Assembly: GCA_000934665.2 (NCBI GenBank)
Contig: KZ538217.1
Span: 62,001 to 98,693 of the forward strand
DNA from: Catajapyx aquilonaris
Taxonomy: Eukaryota
Direction: 5' to 3'
Length of the DNA stretch: 36,693 nucleotides
The notes under the pieces were generated by a model. It was given only the letters and a program-made list of their open reading frames with translations. It did not search any database and had not been told where the DNA came from. The translations under genes were made by a program, and so were the position numbers. Below are positions 21,841-32,403 of the stretch, in pieces; within the stretch, counting starts at the first letter, position 1, and each line of letters begins with the position of its first letter.

Positions 21841-23078
21841 AGTCGCATTTGTGTCCAGGTATTTCAATAGCCGTTATTGGTCGTACTTGCGACTTGCGGC
21901 AGCATTTTCGCTTGGTTGGCAAGCGACGTTTTGAACACGATTGGCCAGTTTTGAGTTGGAACATGTCAGAGTTGCCTTATTACCCCCCGAGAGGTCACCA
22001 ACTTCTCGTCCAGATGTACACTGGTTACTTGGAGATTGTTGTCCCATCGATTGTGTCCTTCCTCCATTTAAAAAAATATCAGTGTGTCATAAAAACCGAG
22101 GGAAGGATCTTCCGCTGCAGGAAGCTTCGGTCAGGAGCATTGTGATTAATTAACAGTTGTAATTAAAAGGTGTCAACTTTTCGTTAAAGGTTGTTTTTTT
22201 TTTACCCTACCGAGGCATATGGTAGCCGATAATTTTTGTAACGATCTCGACGAGATGTTCAAGAGTCCTGTCACTTGCGTTATGTTGAATTTATTCTGAC
22301 CTCGTAATGTGCAAAGTGCTTTATGAATCTGTCGTGACTCAAGTCATGCAGGTATTGATACAATTGGTGTATAATTTAAAAGGTACGAAATGATGTGTAA
22401 AGTACGTCGACGTACAAAATAATTTAAAAGATTAAATCCCCGGAATCTCTATTACTGCTGTTTAATTGGTAGTGTATTTAGCCGAATTTAATTTCACATG
22501 TAACCCCCCAAACAGTTTGCACCTAACCTGCAAAAGCGATTATAAGTAATTATGAGAGAGTCCACACCAGTATTTAATTAATTCAACAGCAAGTACGAAA
22601 GGGGGATATTTTGAAAGAGTGATTATGCTGATAACGGGTGTGAATATTAATTTATATTTACTTCTCATGGCACATGTTTCCAACTAATTAATTTACGCAG
22701 GACGTCGACAAGAGCTTTTTCAACTTCATTCTCGTCACATTAATGGTTAGCTTTTTTATAATTAAGGAAGGTCTGTTGATGAAGTAATCATGTTATACCC
22801 CACACATGTATAATTAAGATCATTAGGTAACTTACATGTAATATTTTTGTTTAAATGTACTTTGTATATAAGACCATAATGAACACCTTTTCACTGGTAA
22901 AGACTGTTATTCGTCGTTCCATCCTGTTGGGGTATCCCCCGCAGCAATTGCATGCACATAAGACCGAGTACGGAACTCAAAATAACACCCATTTATTTCG
23001 CAAATACTTTACAGCAATGAGTAATTACGGCCTATGTATTCAGGTGATGAATTGTGACGAAATCACATTAATGCTTCA

Positions 23079-23210
23079 GGCCCGCATTTACGTACGAGTG
23101 ATTTGATCGGCGATGAAACCGAATTGTTTGGGGCAAAACGCGATTGTTACTTATGCCCCAAAACAATTGGGTTTCATCACTGCTGATCAAATCGCTCGTA
23201 GGTAACCGCA
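23079..23210. mobile_element. MITE family 1 copy, diverged
   Basis: gcatttacgtacgagtgatttgatc ... gatcaaatcgctcgtaggtaaccgc, with the shared core cgcgattgttactt. Confidence 0.7.
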
Positions 23211-23496
23211 TGTTGACCCAATCGCAATTATTTCCTCGTCAGATCAACGTAGGTACAGTATTACGAGAAAAAAATGGTCACTTTATGAAACCTGTTCAAT
23301 GAGGACACTTTCTGCAACACAACATTGCTGCAATTACAAAAATTGTTCAATTCTGTGCGCTTCACTTATAACATGTACCGTACTATCCAAAAGTGAGAAG
23401 CAAATTATTATCTTGGGACAATTCTGTTGTACTATATAACCCTCCAGCCGCAAATGAAAATCTCGTGTCAATTCCACAACTTCACTGTAATGCGCC

Positions 23497-26400
23497 TCAA
23501 ATGATGATCTCCTCGGACATCATGTTGTCCTCCGCTGCGATGGCGTAGCAATCCCCATCCACAATCTCCTCCAGTACTGTCTGCTCAATAATGGTTCCGT
23601 CCACTCCCGAGTCCGCAGTGCCGTGCATCTTCATGTGCGACTGGAGAGCAAAGATCTTGGCGTAATCCGCACCGCAGATGAAGCAGGAGAAGGCGAGCTT
23701 CTTCATGTCGTGGTCCTTCATGTGGGCCGTGAGGCTCTTGTTGAACGCGAACCCTCGTCCGCACAGCTCGCACTTGAAGGGACGAGTGTGGCAACGGACA
23801 TGCTGCCACAGGCGTTGACTCGACTTGAATCGTTTTCCGCACTGGTCGCAAACATGCTGTACATCATTGGGGTTCAGGTAACGCTCGATGTCGTCGGCCT
23901 CAACTTGCACCACCTTCGAACAATCATCATTTCAGTAACGTACATTTCCCACGTAAAATGTGACAAACCTTTGGCTCTCCGACCATTGCATCCGGATCAG
24001 AGTGGGACTCCAGATGAGCCCTGAAGCGATGCATTAGCTTGAATCCGGCCCCGCACACTGGGCAGGTGTGGGTGAACGGTCCCTCGGAGTGTGACAGAAG
24101 GTGCGTCTTCAAATGGGCGTGCAGATAGAAGCGGCGGTTGCACAGAGAGCAGGCATACGGCATGGTGTGCTTCCGACGCTTGTGCGCCTGGAAGTCAACG
24201 CTGCTGGTGAATCGCTCGGCGCAGAAGGGACACTGGTAGCGCTGGACTGTGCTGTGGTGCTTCTGCATGTGGTTGCGTTTCGTTGCGTAGCAGTTGAACG
24301 ACTGAAAAAAGGTCACATTATTACATGGCAGCGAGCTTGACTTAATCGCGCTTACCTTTCCGCATATTGCGCAGTTAAATTTCTTCCCGGTGTGCTTCGC
24401 CATGTGCTGATACCTCCCCATGTACGAGCGGAATCTCTTCTCGCAGTATTTGCAGTCGTAGTACTTGTCCGGCTCTGACTTTGAGTACGGCTTCACCCTC
24501 TGTTTTGGCGGCGCGGGCATCTCCGGCTGGATGGCATCCTCCGCATTTGTCTCTCCTTCTGCCGGCTCATGCGGATGGCAGTTGTTCTTCTTGTGCTGCC
24601 ACAGGCCGCTCCACTTGGTGAAGATCTTTCCGCATCCGTCGCACATGTACCTGCCGTCCCCCCTGTGGCCGCTCTCATGTTCGGCCAGATCGTAATTGCT
24701 CACAAATCTTTTCCCGCAGTAGGAACACAGGTGAGGGTATTCCCCGGTGTGGGTACGCATGTGGCGTCGCATGTTCGGGCCAGTACGGTACGTCTTTGCG
24801 CAGACCTTGCACTGGAAGGGCTTCTCACCCATATGGCGACCACGGCGATGCTGCATTAGAAGAGAGTCCGTGTGGAATCGCTTCGGGCATTCTGGACACT
24901 GCAGCTGCGGCCAGATATGGCTGCCCTTCTGAAATTACAACATTCATTACATTGTGTAACCGATGTTGGCTCTATTGTAACTCACGACGTGACTGTCAAG
25001 TGAAGACTTGTACTTGAAGACTCGTCCGCATTCCTCGCACTTGAATTCGCCCTCTTCGCCCTCTGCCTCCGCTTTCTCCTGCTCTTTGCCCGCCCCTTCC
25101 TCGTCCTCCTCCAGTCGCAAAGTAGGGTACTCCTCAGCGTCCTTCATCCCCATCTCCTTGTGCCTCTTCAGGTGGTTCTTGAGAACCCCGAAGGACTTCA
25201 CGATCTGTCCGCACCCGTAGCACTTGAAGTAGAAGCGCTTCCCATGCGACTTCTTTAGGTGGCTCACCAATGACGACACGGAAGTCACGTACCGCTGGCA
25301 TATGTGGCAGCGCATGATCTTCCAACCCTTGCCGTGAAGCGTCTCAGTCGCAATCACTTGCACTCCTAAGGAAATAATTTTCATTGTAAAAAACGCACAA
25401 ATTTTTTACCAAGCAGCATATCCTAACCTTTCAAGACAAGGTCGTCATCCTTTTCATCGTTCCCACCACTCTCCTTCTGGACTCCCCATTCCGGAAGCCC
25501 TTCCTCGTTGGCTGCTGGACTCGGTTCTTCAACTTCCGGATCAAGCGGGTCCGCATCTGCAGGTTGGTCCATTCCTTCCTCCGACATCGGATTCGGCTGT
25601 TCAGGTTCAGCCAGGATGACCATCTGAACTTCCGCCGGTTGTTCCACTTCCTTGTTTTTGCAGCCCTTCAGATCTATGAAGGGTAAGATGCATTGCTTCT
25701 TTGGACTCGAAGCGGTGCTGATGGGTGCGGAAGAGGGATTAGATCGCCCTGAAGCTGCGGCGGCAGCTGCCGCAGCCGCCGCCGCCGCCGCTTTCTTCTC
25801 CAACTCCTGACGGATGTAATAGTTATGCTCATTCGGCACCACGTCATCTTCACCCTAGTCAGGGAAAATAAGCATCGACATTATTACATAATAAGAACTA
25901 ATTCGCAACAGATTTCAGGAAAATGTACGTCCAACAAGCTCAGATTATGGGTCTCGCTTTATTTGGCTTCAGTACATCAGAACTGCCAATTACATCTTGT
26001 GCGATAATCTTATCAGCATTTCATTTCACTCGTCACACCAAACACTGGTCAAGTACTCATTACTTTGGGTACGAAGAGTAATACAATCCCTGCTGATGTA
26101 AATACGGACACTCGGCTGCATTTACTTCAGAACAACTACGGATCAAGCAGCTCCTCGCTTGCCACTTCGACAATCACGCTCACGTTAGTACAGTGCGACT
26201 CCATGTGCGCTTTCAGTACGTGCCTAAAAGCAAATCCATGCCCGCACATCTCGCACTTGAATGGCTTGGTGTGTGTACGCACATGATGCCACAGCTTCTG
26301 CGACGACGAGAACACTTTTCCACATTCGTCGCACACACAACTGCTTTCTGCCTTGATATCCTCCATGCTGACGACCTTAGGCTTAGATGCGCTATCCTCC

Positions 26401-29400
26401 TCATTCGTATGACTCCTGACATGCTCTTCAAACGCATTTTGGCGCTGAAATTCTGCACCGCACTCGCCACATGTGTGATTAAACGTGCCTTCATGATGAG
26501 CCAACATGTGAGTTCGGAGATGTGGCATCGTGCCAAAGCGACGGCCACACAAGCCACATGCCAAGGGGCGCGTATGTCGCCTCTGTTTGTGTTCACTCAG
26601 CTGTATCTTACTTCCAAAACACTCGTCGCATTGCGGACATTTAATAGTCAGGCCATCCGAATGCATGCGAGATTTATGTTGCCACAAGGACACGTATGAC
26701 TTCAGTACTTGTGGGCAACTTGGACATGGCCATACCCGTCCGGCGTGTGAGTCACGATGCTGCTTGTACCCACCGTATGTCTTGTATGACTTTTTACACT
26801 CCTTACACTCGTAAGTGTAGGCTCGCCTTGCTGGTGGCACCTGTCCGCAAAGTCTCCGATGGCGGTACAACTGCGAGTACGCCTTAAAAGTACGTCCGCA
26901 TCCGTCACACTGGTACGACTCATTCTCGGCATGACTCTCCTCATGCTCTTTCAAATGGAAGCTCGATGTAAATTTCTTGCCACAGTACGAACACAGGTGA
27001 TGGCGCGTGTCATTATGTCGATCGATATGCCGCTTCAAAACTTGCCTCGAAGCGAAACTCTTATTACAGTGCGGACAATCAAACGGGCGCTCTCCCGTGT
27101 GCTTCAAATTGTGTTGCTTTAAAGCGGCACGAGTAGGAAATTTCTCTTCGCAGATGTCGCAAGTGTATCGAAATTCACGATGCACCTTGGTGACATGCCG
27201 GTGGCGGTTTGGACGACCAGTGAATGATTTGTCGCAGTGAGGGCATGGGTAAGCTTTTGGCGACTTGAAAGTAAACTCTTCGTTATCGGATGTACCATCA
27301 GTATCGTCCATAATCGCATCTATAGACTCGTTTAGCGGACCTGCTTCCGATAGAATGTATGACTGCGATCCGCGGTCTACGAAAGATTCATTGGGATCAA
27401 GTACGACTCCCACTTGCTTGTGGCTCAAGTCATCAGCCGGCACAACCTTCGGAGAGTCTCGCCTTCTGACTTGCATCTCTCGAGCCTTCTGAATGACTTC
27501 CTTCCTGTGCGCCTCCAAATGATCGGTCATTCCTTCGTAGGTTCCCTCGCTCCTGCCGCATGTCACGCACGTATATATTAATCCGTCCTTCCCTCGCTCT
27601 TCCAGGGCGGCACGATCGTAGTGCACATGCACACAGCACACATCGTCATCGTCCTCTTCGTAGCGGTTCGGCATCTGGAAGATACGCTTGCAATAATGGG
27701 TTGAAAACCAGTCATCGTCTTTTTTTAAAAAAATTTGTCTTCTTCTCAGCACACATGTTCTTCTGGGTGTGGTAAATCTTGAGTAATGCTTGTAATGAAA
27801 TTCTGCATTGTTGTAATTATGTGTATGCATTCCATGCGAACTATTTCGGAAAGGAATTACGACAAACAAAATTCTTTTGTCCGTCGACTGTTCGGTCCTT
27901 CCACATTTTAATTGAGTGTAAATATGGCAGTGGCCGTAACTATTCCCAAATTTCACATTCAGCACATTTCAACACAGAAATTCCACTACATATTTCCCCC
28001 CCACAAAAAAAAACATTGCAGCCTAGCCAAACAGCTTCGCGTGTTTATAAATATCAGCACAACATCTTCGACCGTAATAAAACAACCTCCAGCCGACGTA
28101 AAGTAACTCGTAATTCTCACCTCCAAAGGAATAGCAGTGTGCGGGACTGTGTCCACTTCCTGATGGCCAGACTTCCTCATCTCCGCAGTCGCCTTTCCTC
28201 CCAAATCTTTTGGGCACTTCTCGCCAATGTGACTTGCGAGGCTTGTAATGGAATCGAATCCGGTGGCTCCACAAGCAGGACATGACATTTTCAGAGATTC
28301 CAGGTGGTGCTGGAGGGCTTGGCGTGACAGAAAAGTGGCGTCGCAGCAGAGGGGACACTTGAGAGATCCCTGCAATAACAAAATGATGGGTTTATGCAAT
28401 TGTACAAGTACATACACTATGATTCGATAGTACAAGCCTTTCAAATAACTCTACGAACCTGTTTGTTCTCCTTAGCATTACCACTCTTGGCTTCTCGGAA
28501 GTGAGACGGAGCTTCCTTCCCTGGCTTGCTCGGATTAGGGTCGAAGTGAAGCTGGCAAAAGAGGTCAAAATTTGAAGCCGCTTATTCCTCTGTACATGCG
28601 AAAATTACTTACCTCGCATATGACTGAATTTGCAATCTTCGAGAGAGATGGCCATGAGAGAAATTTGAGCCACTTTTGCTGCACTTCTTTGGTCTGCGGA
28701 AACGGATAGAACTGCATGCTCACCAGGGACGTGTTCGAAAGGCAACCAGGGACGCAGCAACGTTTTACGCCTTCTTGAAGGTTCGTTTTCACAGCTGGAA
28801 TCGACATGAAAACATAAGTACATCTCCAGGATTTTCATAATCGTGGTACTGACCTATCCTGCCCTTGGTGTTGTCCTTTGGCCTCTCTTCGTACTCGAGA
28901 GGCAGGGAAGGTGGGACGTATCCTTCAGGCAAAGGATATATCTTCCCATCAAATATCTTAGGCACAGCAGTGATCAGAAGCTTGTCCTTGTAGGCCGAAC
29001 GGAACTGCGAGTCTTCGAAGTGCTCAGCGCAGAGCACCAAGCCTTTGAAGCGGGCCTTCGCTGGAGTAATGTCCTCTCGTTTACACATTGTTAACCAGAT
29101 CTTGCACCTAGAAAAATTGACAATTAGCGAGCGTATAGAAACAGTTGTCATACGGAATTACCTTTCCTCGTCGACGGGGAATCTGAAGAACTTTGTGTCC
29201 GAGTTCCATCCCTTCCTGTTGTAGCAATTGGGTGCTGTGCAGAATGGCCCCCTGCACTTCTTCCCCAGCCCCGCGTTCTCCTTCAGCTGAGCGTACCCGC
29301 GCATCACGTTGTGGGCGTGCAGGGCAAGCACCTCGTCGTCCTCCTCTTCCCTCTCCCCGACCTGTCCCGCCCCTCCCTCGTCCCCCACCTCGTTTGGCTG

Positions 29401-29574
29401 CTCCAGCTCCTGCAGGATGTACCCTTCAGGAATCTCCCCGATCAGCGCCTCCATCTCCCCGCACCGAGTCAGAACCACAATAGGATTGACGTGGTCTCCC
29501 CCCATTGTGACCGCCATCATCTGCGGCTCAGGCTCGCCCATCACCACTGCATCGGTGCTGGCAGCCGCTTCCAT
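23497..29574 (-). CDS. Gene C, long form: acidic leader + THAP + degenerate THAP + CPLCC + HCF-binding motif + poly-Ala + C2H2 array 2. Exons 29574-29162, 29107-28854, 28794-28613, 28551-28459, 28369-28121, 25854-25428, 25365-24986, 24928-24356, 24301-23969, 23913-23497
   Basis: THAP1 FCTAPNC...FFRFP...W...LCAEHF...AVPKIF; THAP2 RCCVPGC...FYPFP...W...ICE|LHF; CPLCC; EHNY at 25830-25819. All junctions are GT-AG and in frame. The 28121-to-25854 join is inferred from phase and from the architecture of paralogs A and B. Confidence 0.8.
26136..27674 (-). CDS. Intronless C2H2 array 1: alternative terminal exon of gene C, or a nested same-strand retrogene
   Basis: 1539-nt open exon starting at acceptor cttccag|ATG (phase 0), with many fingers collinear to array 2, a stop at 26136 and minus-strand AATAAA near 25960. 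Confidence 0.88.
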   Translation of the reverse strand: MPNRYEEDDDDVCCVHVHYDRAALEERGKDGLIYTCVTCGRSEGTYEGMTDHLEAHRKEVIQKAREMQVRRRDSPKVVPADDLSHKQVGVVLDPNESFVDRGSQSYILSEAGPLNESIDAIMDDTDGTSDNEEFTFKSPKAYPCPHCDKSFTGRPNRHRHVTKVHREFRYTCDICEEKFPTRAALKQHNLKHTGERPFDCPHCNKSFASRQVLKRHIDRHNDTRHHLCSYCGKKFTSSFHLKEHEESHAENESYQCDGCGRTFKAYSQLYRHRRLCGQVPPARRAYTYECKECKKSYKTYGGYKQHRDSHAGRVWPCPSCPQVLKSYVSLWQHKSRMHSDGLTIKCPQCDECFGSKIQLSEHKQRRHTRPLACGLCGRRFGTMPHLRTHMLAHHEGTFNHTCGECGAEFQRQNAFEEHVRSHTNEEDSASKPKVVSMEDIKAESSCVCDECGKVFSSSQKLWHHVRTHTKPFKCEMCGHGFAFRHVLKAHMESHCTNVSVIVEVASEELLDP

Positions 29575-29724
29575 CGTCACGCCTCACTGAAATGGGGCCC
29601 AGAATAATTAGAGACGTTGACATTTCATTCTGATATGTCGCATAATTTGTGCCCAGTACAAAATAATTTCAGGGCGACATTCCACGAAAGTATTGTGGCT
29701 AGATCATGTTCCATCTTACGTATA

Positions 29725-31010
29725 TAAAGGAAAGTTAGTTACTTAGTCAGTTTGTCAGTTAGCTAGGTGGTGAGTTTGTTACCTTGTTTGTTAACGACTG
29801 AGCTTGTTAACTATGGTTAACATGGTTAGAATGTGCTAGCTAGTTAGTGAGTTTATTAGCTAGTTGGTGAGTTCTTTGCTTGTTTGTTAACTTGTAAGTG
29901 CGTTTCTTAGCTAGTTGGTGAGTTCGTTAGATTGTTAACTAGTTCGTTTGTTAACTATGGTTAACATCCCCCGAAAAGGGTAAAGCCCTCGAAAGGGGTT
30001 TCATAATAAATAAAATAAATAAATAAACTATGGTTAACATGGTTTGTGAATTTATGAGCTAGTTAGTTAGCTAGTTAGTGAGTTTATTAGCTAGTAAGTG
30101 AGTTCATTAGCTAGTTAGTGAGTTATTTGTTTGTTAACTAGTTCATTTGTTAACTATGGTTAACATGGTTTGTGAATTTATGAGCTCGTTAGTTAGCTAG
30201 TTAGTGGGTTTGTTAGATAGGTAGTTAGTGGGTTTGTTAGATACGTAGTGAGTTCGTTAGATTGGTAGTGAGTTCTTTAGCTTGTTTGTTATCTAGTTAG
30301 TTGTTAACTACATGGTTAAAATGGTTAGTGGGTTTGTTAGATAGGTAGTTATACTAGGGGCAAGATAACTCATGCGTTTGGGGAAGTGGCTTGTAACCTT
30401 GGCAACCATAATTAGCCCCGCCCCCTGCTGAATTTTTTTTGTATGGAATTTAGAACGATTGGGGGGGGGGAAATATTTCCTCCTGCTGGGTTACCAGTAG
30501 CGTAAGTGTAAACAAACCCATCTCATTCTTGAGGCTTTAGAGAACATAACGCCCATCTCCTTTGAAATCGAATCATCTGATAGGTCAACCGGTAGAGGGC
30601 GGGGCTAATTACGGCTGCCAAGGGCACAAGCCACCTCCCCAAACGCATGAGTTATCTTGTCCCTATTGTAGTTTGTTAACTAGTTTGTTAACTATGGTTA
30701 ACATGGTTAGTGGGTTCGTTATCTAATTAGTGAGTTTGTTAGGTAGGTAGTTTGTTAGATAGTTAGTGAGTTTGTTAGGTAGGTAGTTAGTTAGTTAGTG
30801 ACTGTTAGTTTCTTAGATAGTTAGTGACTCTGTTAGTTTCTTAGATAGTTAGTGACTCTGTTAGTTTCTTAGATAGTTAGTGACTCTGTTAGTTCCTTAG
30901 TTAGTGACTGTTAGTTTCTTGGATAGTTAGTGACTCTGTTAGTTTCTTAGTTAGTGACTCTGTTAGTTTCTTAGATAGTTAGTGACTCTGTTAGTTTCTT
31001 AGATAGTTAG
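29725..31010. repeat. Low-complexity TTAG/GTTA-based satellite grading into a ~28-nt minisatellite; abuts an assembly gap (N 31011-31022)
   Basis: Recurrent ttagctagttagtgagtt and gttaactatggttaacatggtt; from about 30800 the unit is ttagatagttagtgactctgttagtttc. Confidence 0.9.
30352..30668. mobile_element. MITE with ~75-bp inverted termini and TA flanks, inserted in the satellite
   Basis: caagataactcatgcgtttggggaagtggcttgt...taattagccccgccc is mirrored by gggcggggctaatta...acaagccacctccccaaacgcatgagttatcttg. Confidence 0.88.
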
Positions 31011-31147
31011 NNNNNNNNNNNNTCCAAAAAAAAAAAAAAAAAAAAAACCCCAGACTGTTTTTTTTTTCGAACGAGTGCCGAGCAGTGTAAAGCAGCGACG
31101 CCTCTCACCCGATCGGACACACTACGCGGAATAATAATTAATTATAC

Positions 31148-31808
31148 TTGATCTCATCTAGGCCCCCACGAAGAAAAAAAGGAAAACAGAAAATTCGGTG
31201 CGCCATCTTGATTCGCCCTGTTCGAAGCTGGTTCGAAGGTTCGACACGAGGGGGTCGGAATGAACGCAGCTGTTCATTTTTTTGGAAAAGACAGGGGCGG
31301 CCCGGCGAGAGTGTTCCATATATATCGAGAGAGTGCACGGCATTCAAAGTAATGGAACAAACCAAATTGTCCCCCAGAGTGACATGTAGTACTTGAAACA
31401 TTGCATGAACGTTACAAGCACCACTGTTGCTGTCGTGTGGTGAACCCCCCAAAAGAAAAGCAGCTTATAGCCAACAGCTGCTTAACCAGCAATATAGCTA
31501 CCTAGAACAGTGTGTTGTGCAATTAATTATTATAAATATGGTTTTTTATTAATATTGCCATTGCATTTTTGACAAGTGACATTTTTTATTTGGCGTGTCC
31601 TTCATACGGCTTCGTCATATTTGATGAGCGCAATTTGGCCGTTGATGTGACGTCACGTAAGAAAAGGCGGCCATCTTTGATGTGACGTCACAAAAGCGCT
31701 GTTCGGCAAAAGATGAAGGGGATGGAATGTCTTTTGGAGAAATATTTTTCATAAAATAATGTTTATATATCTCTCTCTCCACACTCATCCGTGGCCCGTG
31801 GGTTACAG
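31148..31808. promoter_or_regulatory. Divergent promoter region with non-coding first exons of gene C (minus) and ORC2/gene D (plus)
   Basis: Minus-strand donor at 31147; plus-strand donor cag|gtaatg at 31809; YY1-type motifs at 31201 and 31669; TGACGTCA at 31648 and 31683. Confidence 0.6.
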
Positions 31809-32403
31809 GTAATGGCGTAGGACAGTTCGTGGCACGTTCAGGGTATTGAAAAAATGTATGGAGCGAGTAACTGCAGCAATAATGGAATGTTCGAATTAAT
31901 GTTGTCTCTGCCAGGGGTAATTACACAATTTGAATGCCAGGTATCTTATTTATTATTATATTATATTATTATTTATTATGTTTGTTTCAATTTTTATTGT
32001 TTGGCAATAATTACACTGTTTTTTTTTTTTTGTTGTTGCAGATTCACATTGATGCGTCTGATGCACAGCTGATGCTCTGAGACTGGCATTTTACTAAGGT
32101 ACGAGGTTTAAGATGTCATATTACATTAACCGGTACAGGCAGAGAGCAGTTGTACATCGCAACTTGTAAAATTTTGTATCATTTCCGCAATTTAAAGTGT
32201 TGCGATTAGCATTACGAAGCGTTAGGATTTTACAGGAAATCTGCTGAACTCTCTTTGCGTCTTTAGTTTTATTAATTTAATTTAAAGATGTTGAAGACCA
32301 CAACCTATTTAATCAGCTAAAAGTGAGATATGAATTAGATTAAAATTATTGTTTGCAGCATTTCAACTTTAAAAAAAATAAATCGAACCGAACCAAGAGA
32401 GTG

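Noticed and set aside
19937..21867. Long antisense and alternate-frame ORFs over gene B (similar ones over ADK, gene C and ORC2)
   Set aside because: Expected shadows of GC3-rich coding exons; no independent motifs or splice signals.
27675..27965. N-terminal 97 aa of the 609-aa ORF
   Set aside because: AT-rich intron-like sequence upstream of the acceptor at 27675; a chance open-frame extension.
29725..31010. Telomeric TTAGG array
   Set aside because: Units are TTAG/GTTA composites, TTAGG is rare, and genes continue on both sides.
32353..32403. ORC2 start at 32353
   Set aside because: Non-ATG start spanning the acceptor at 32358; the first ATG is at 32404.
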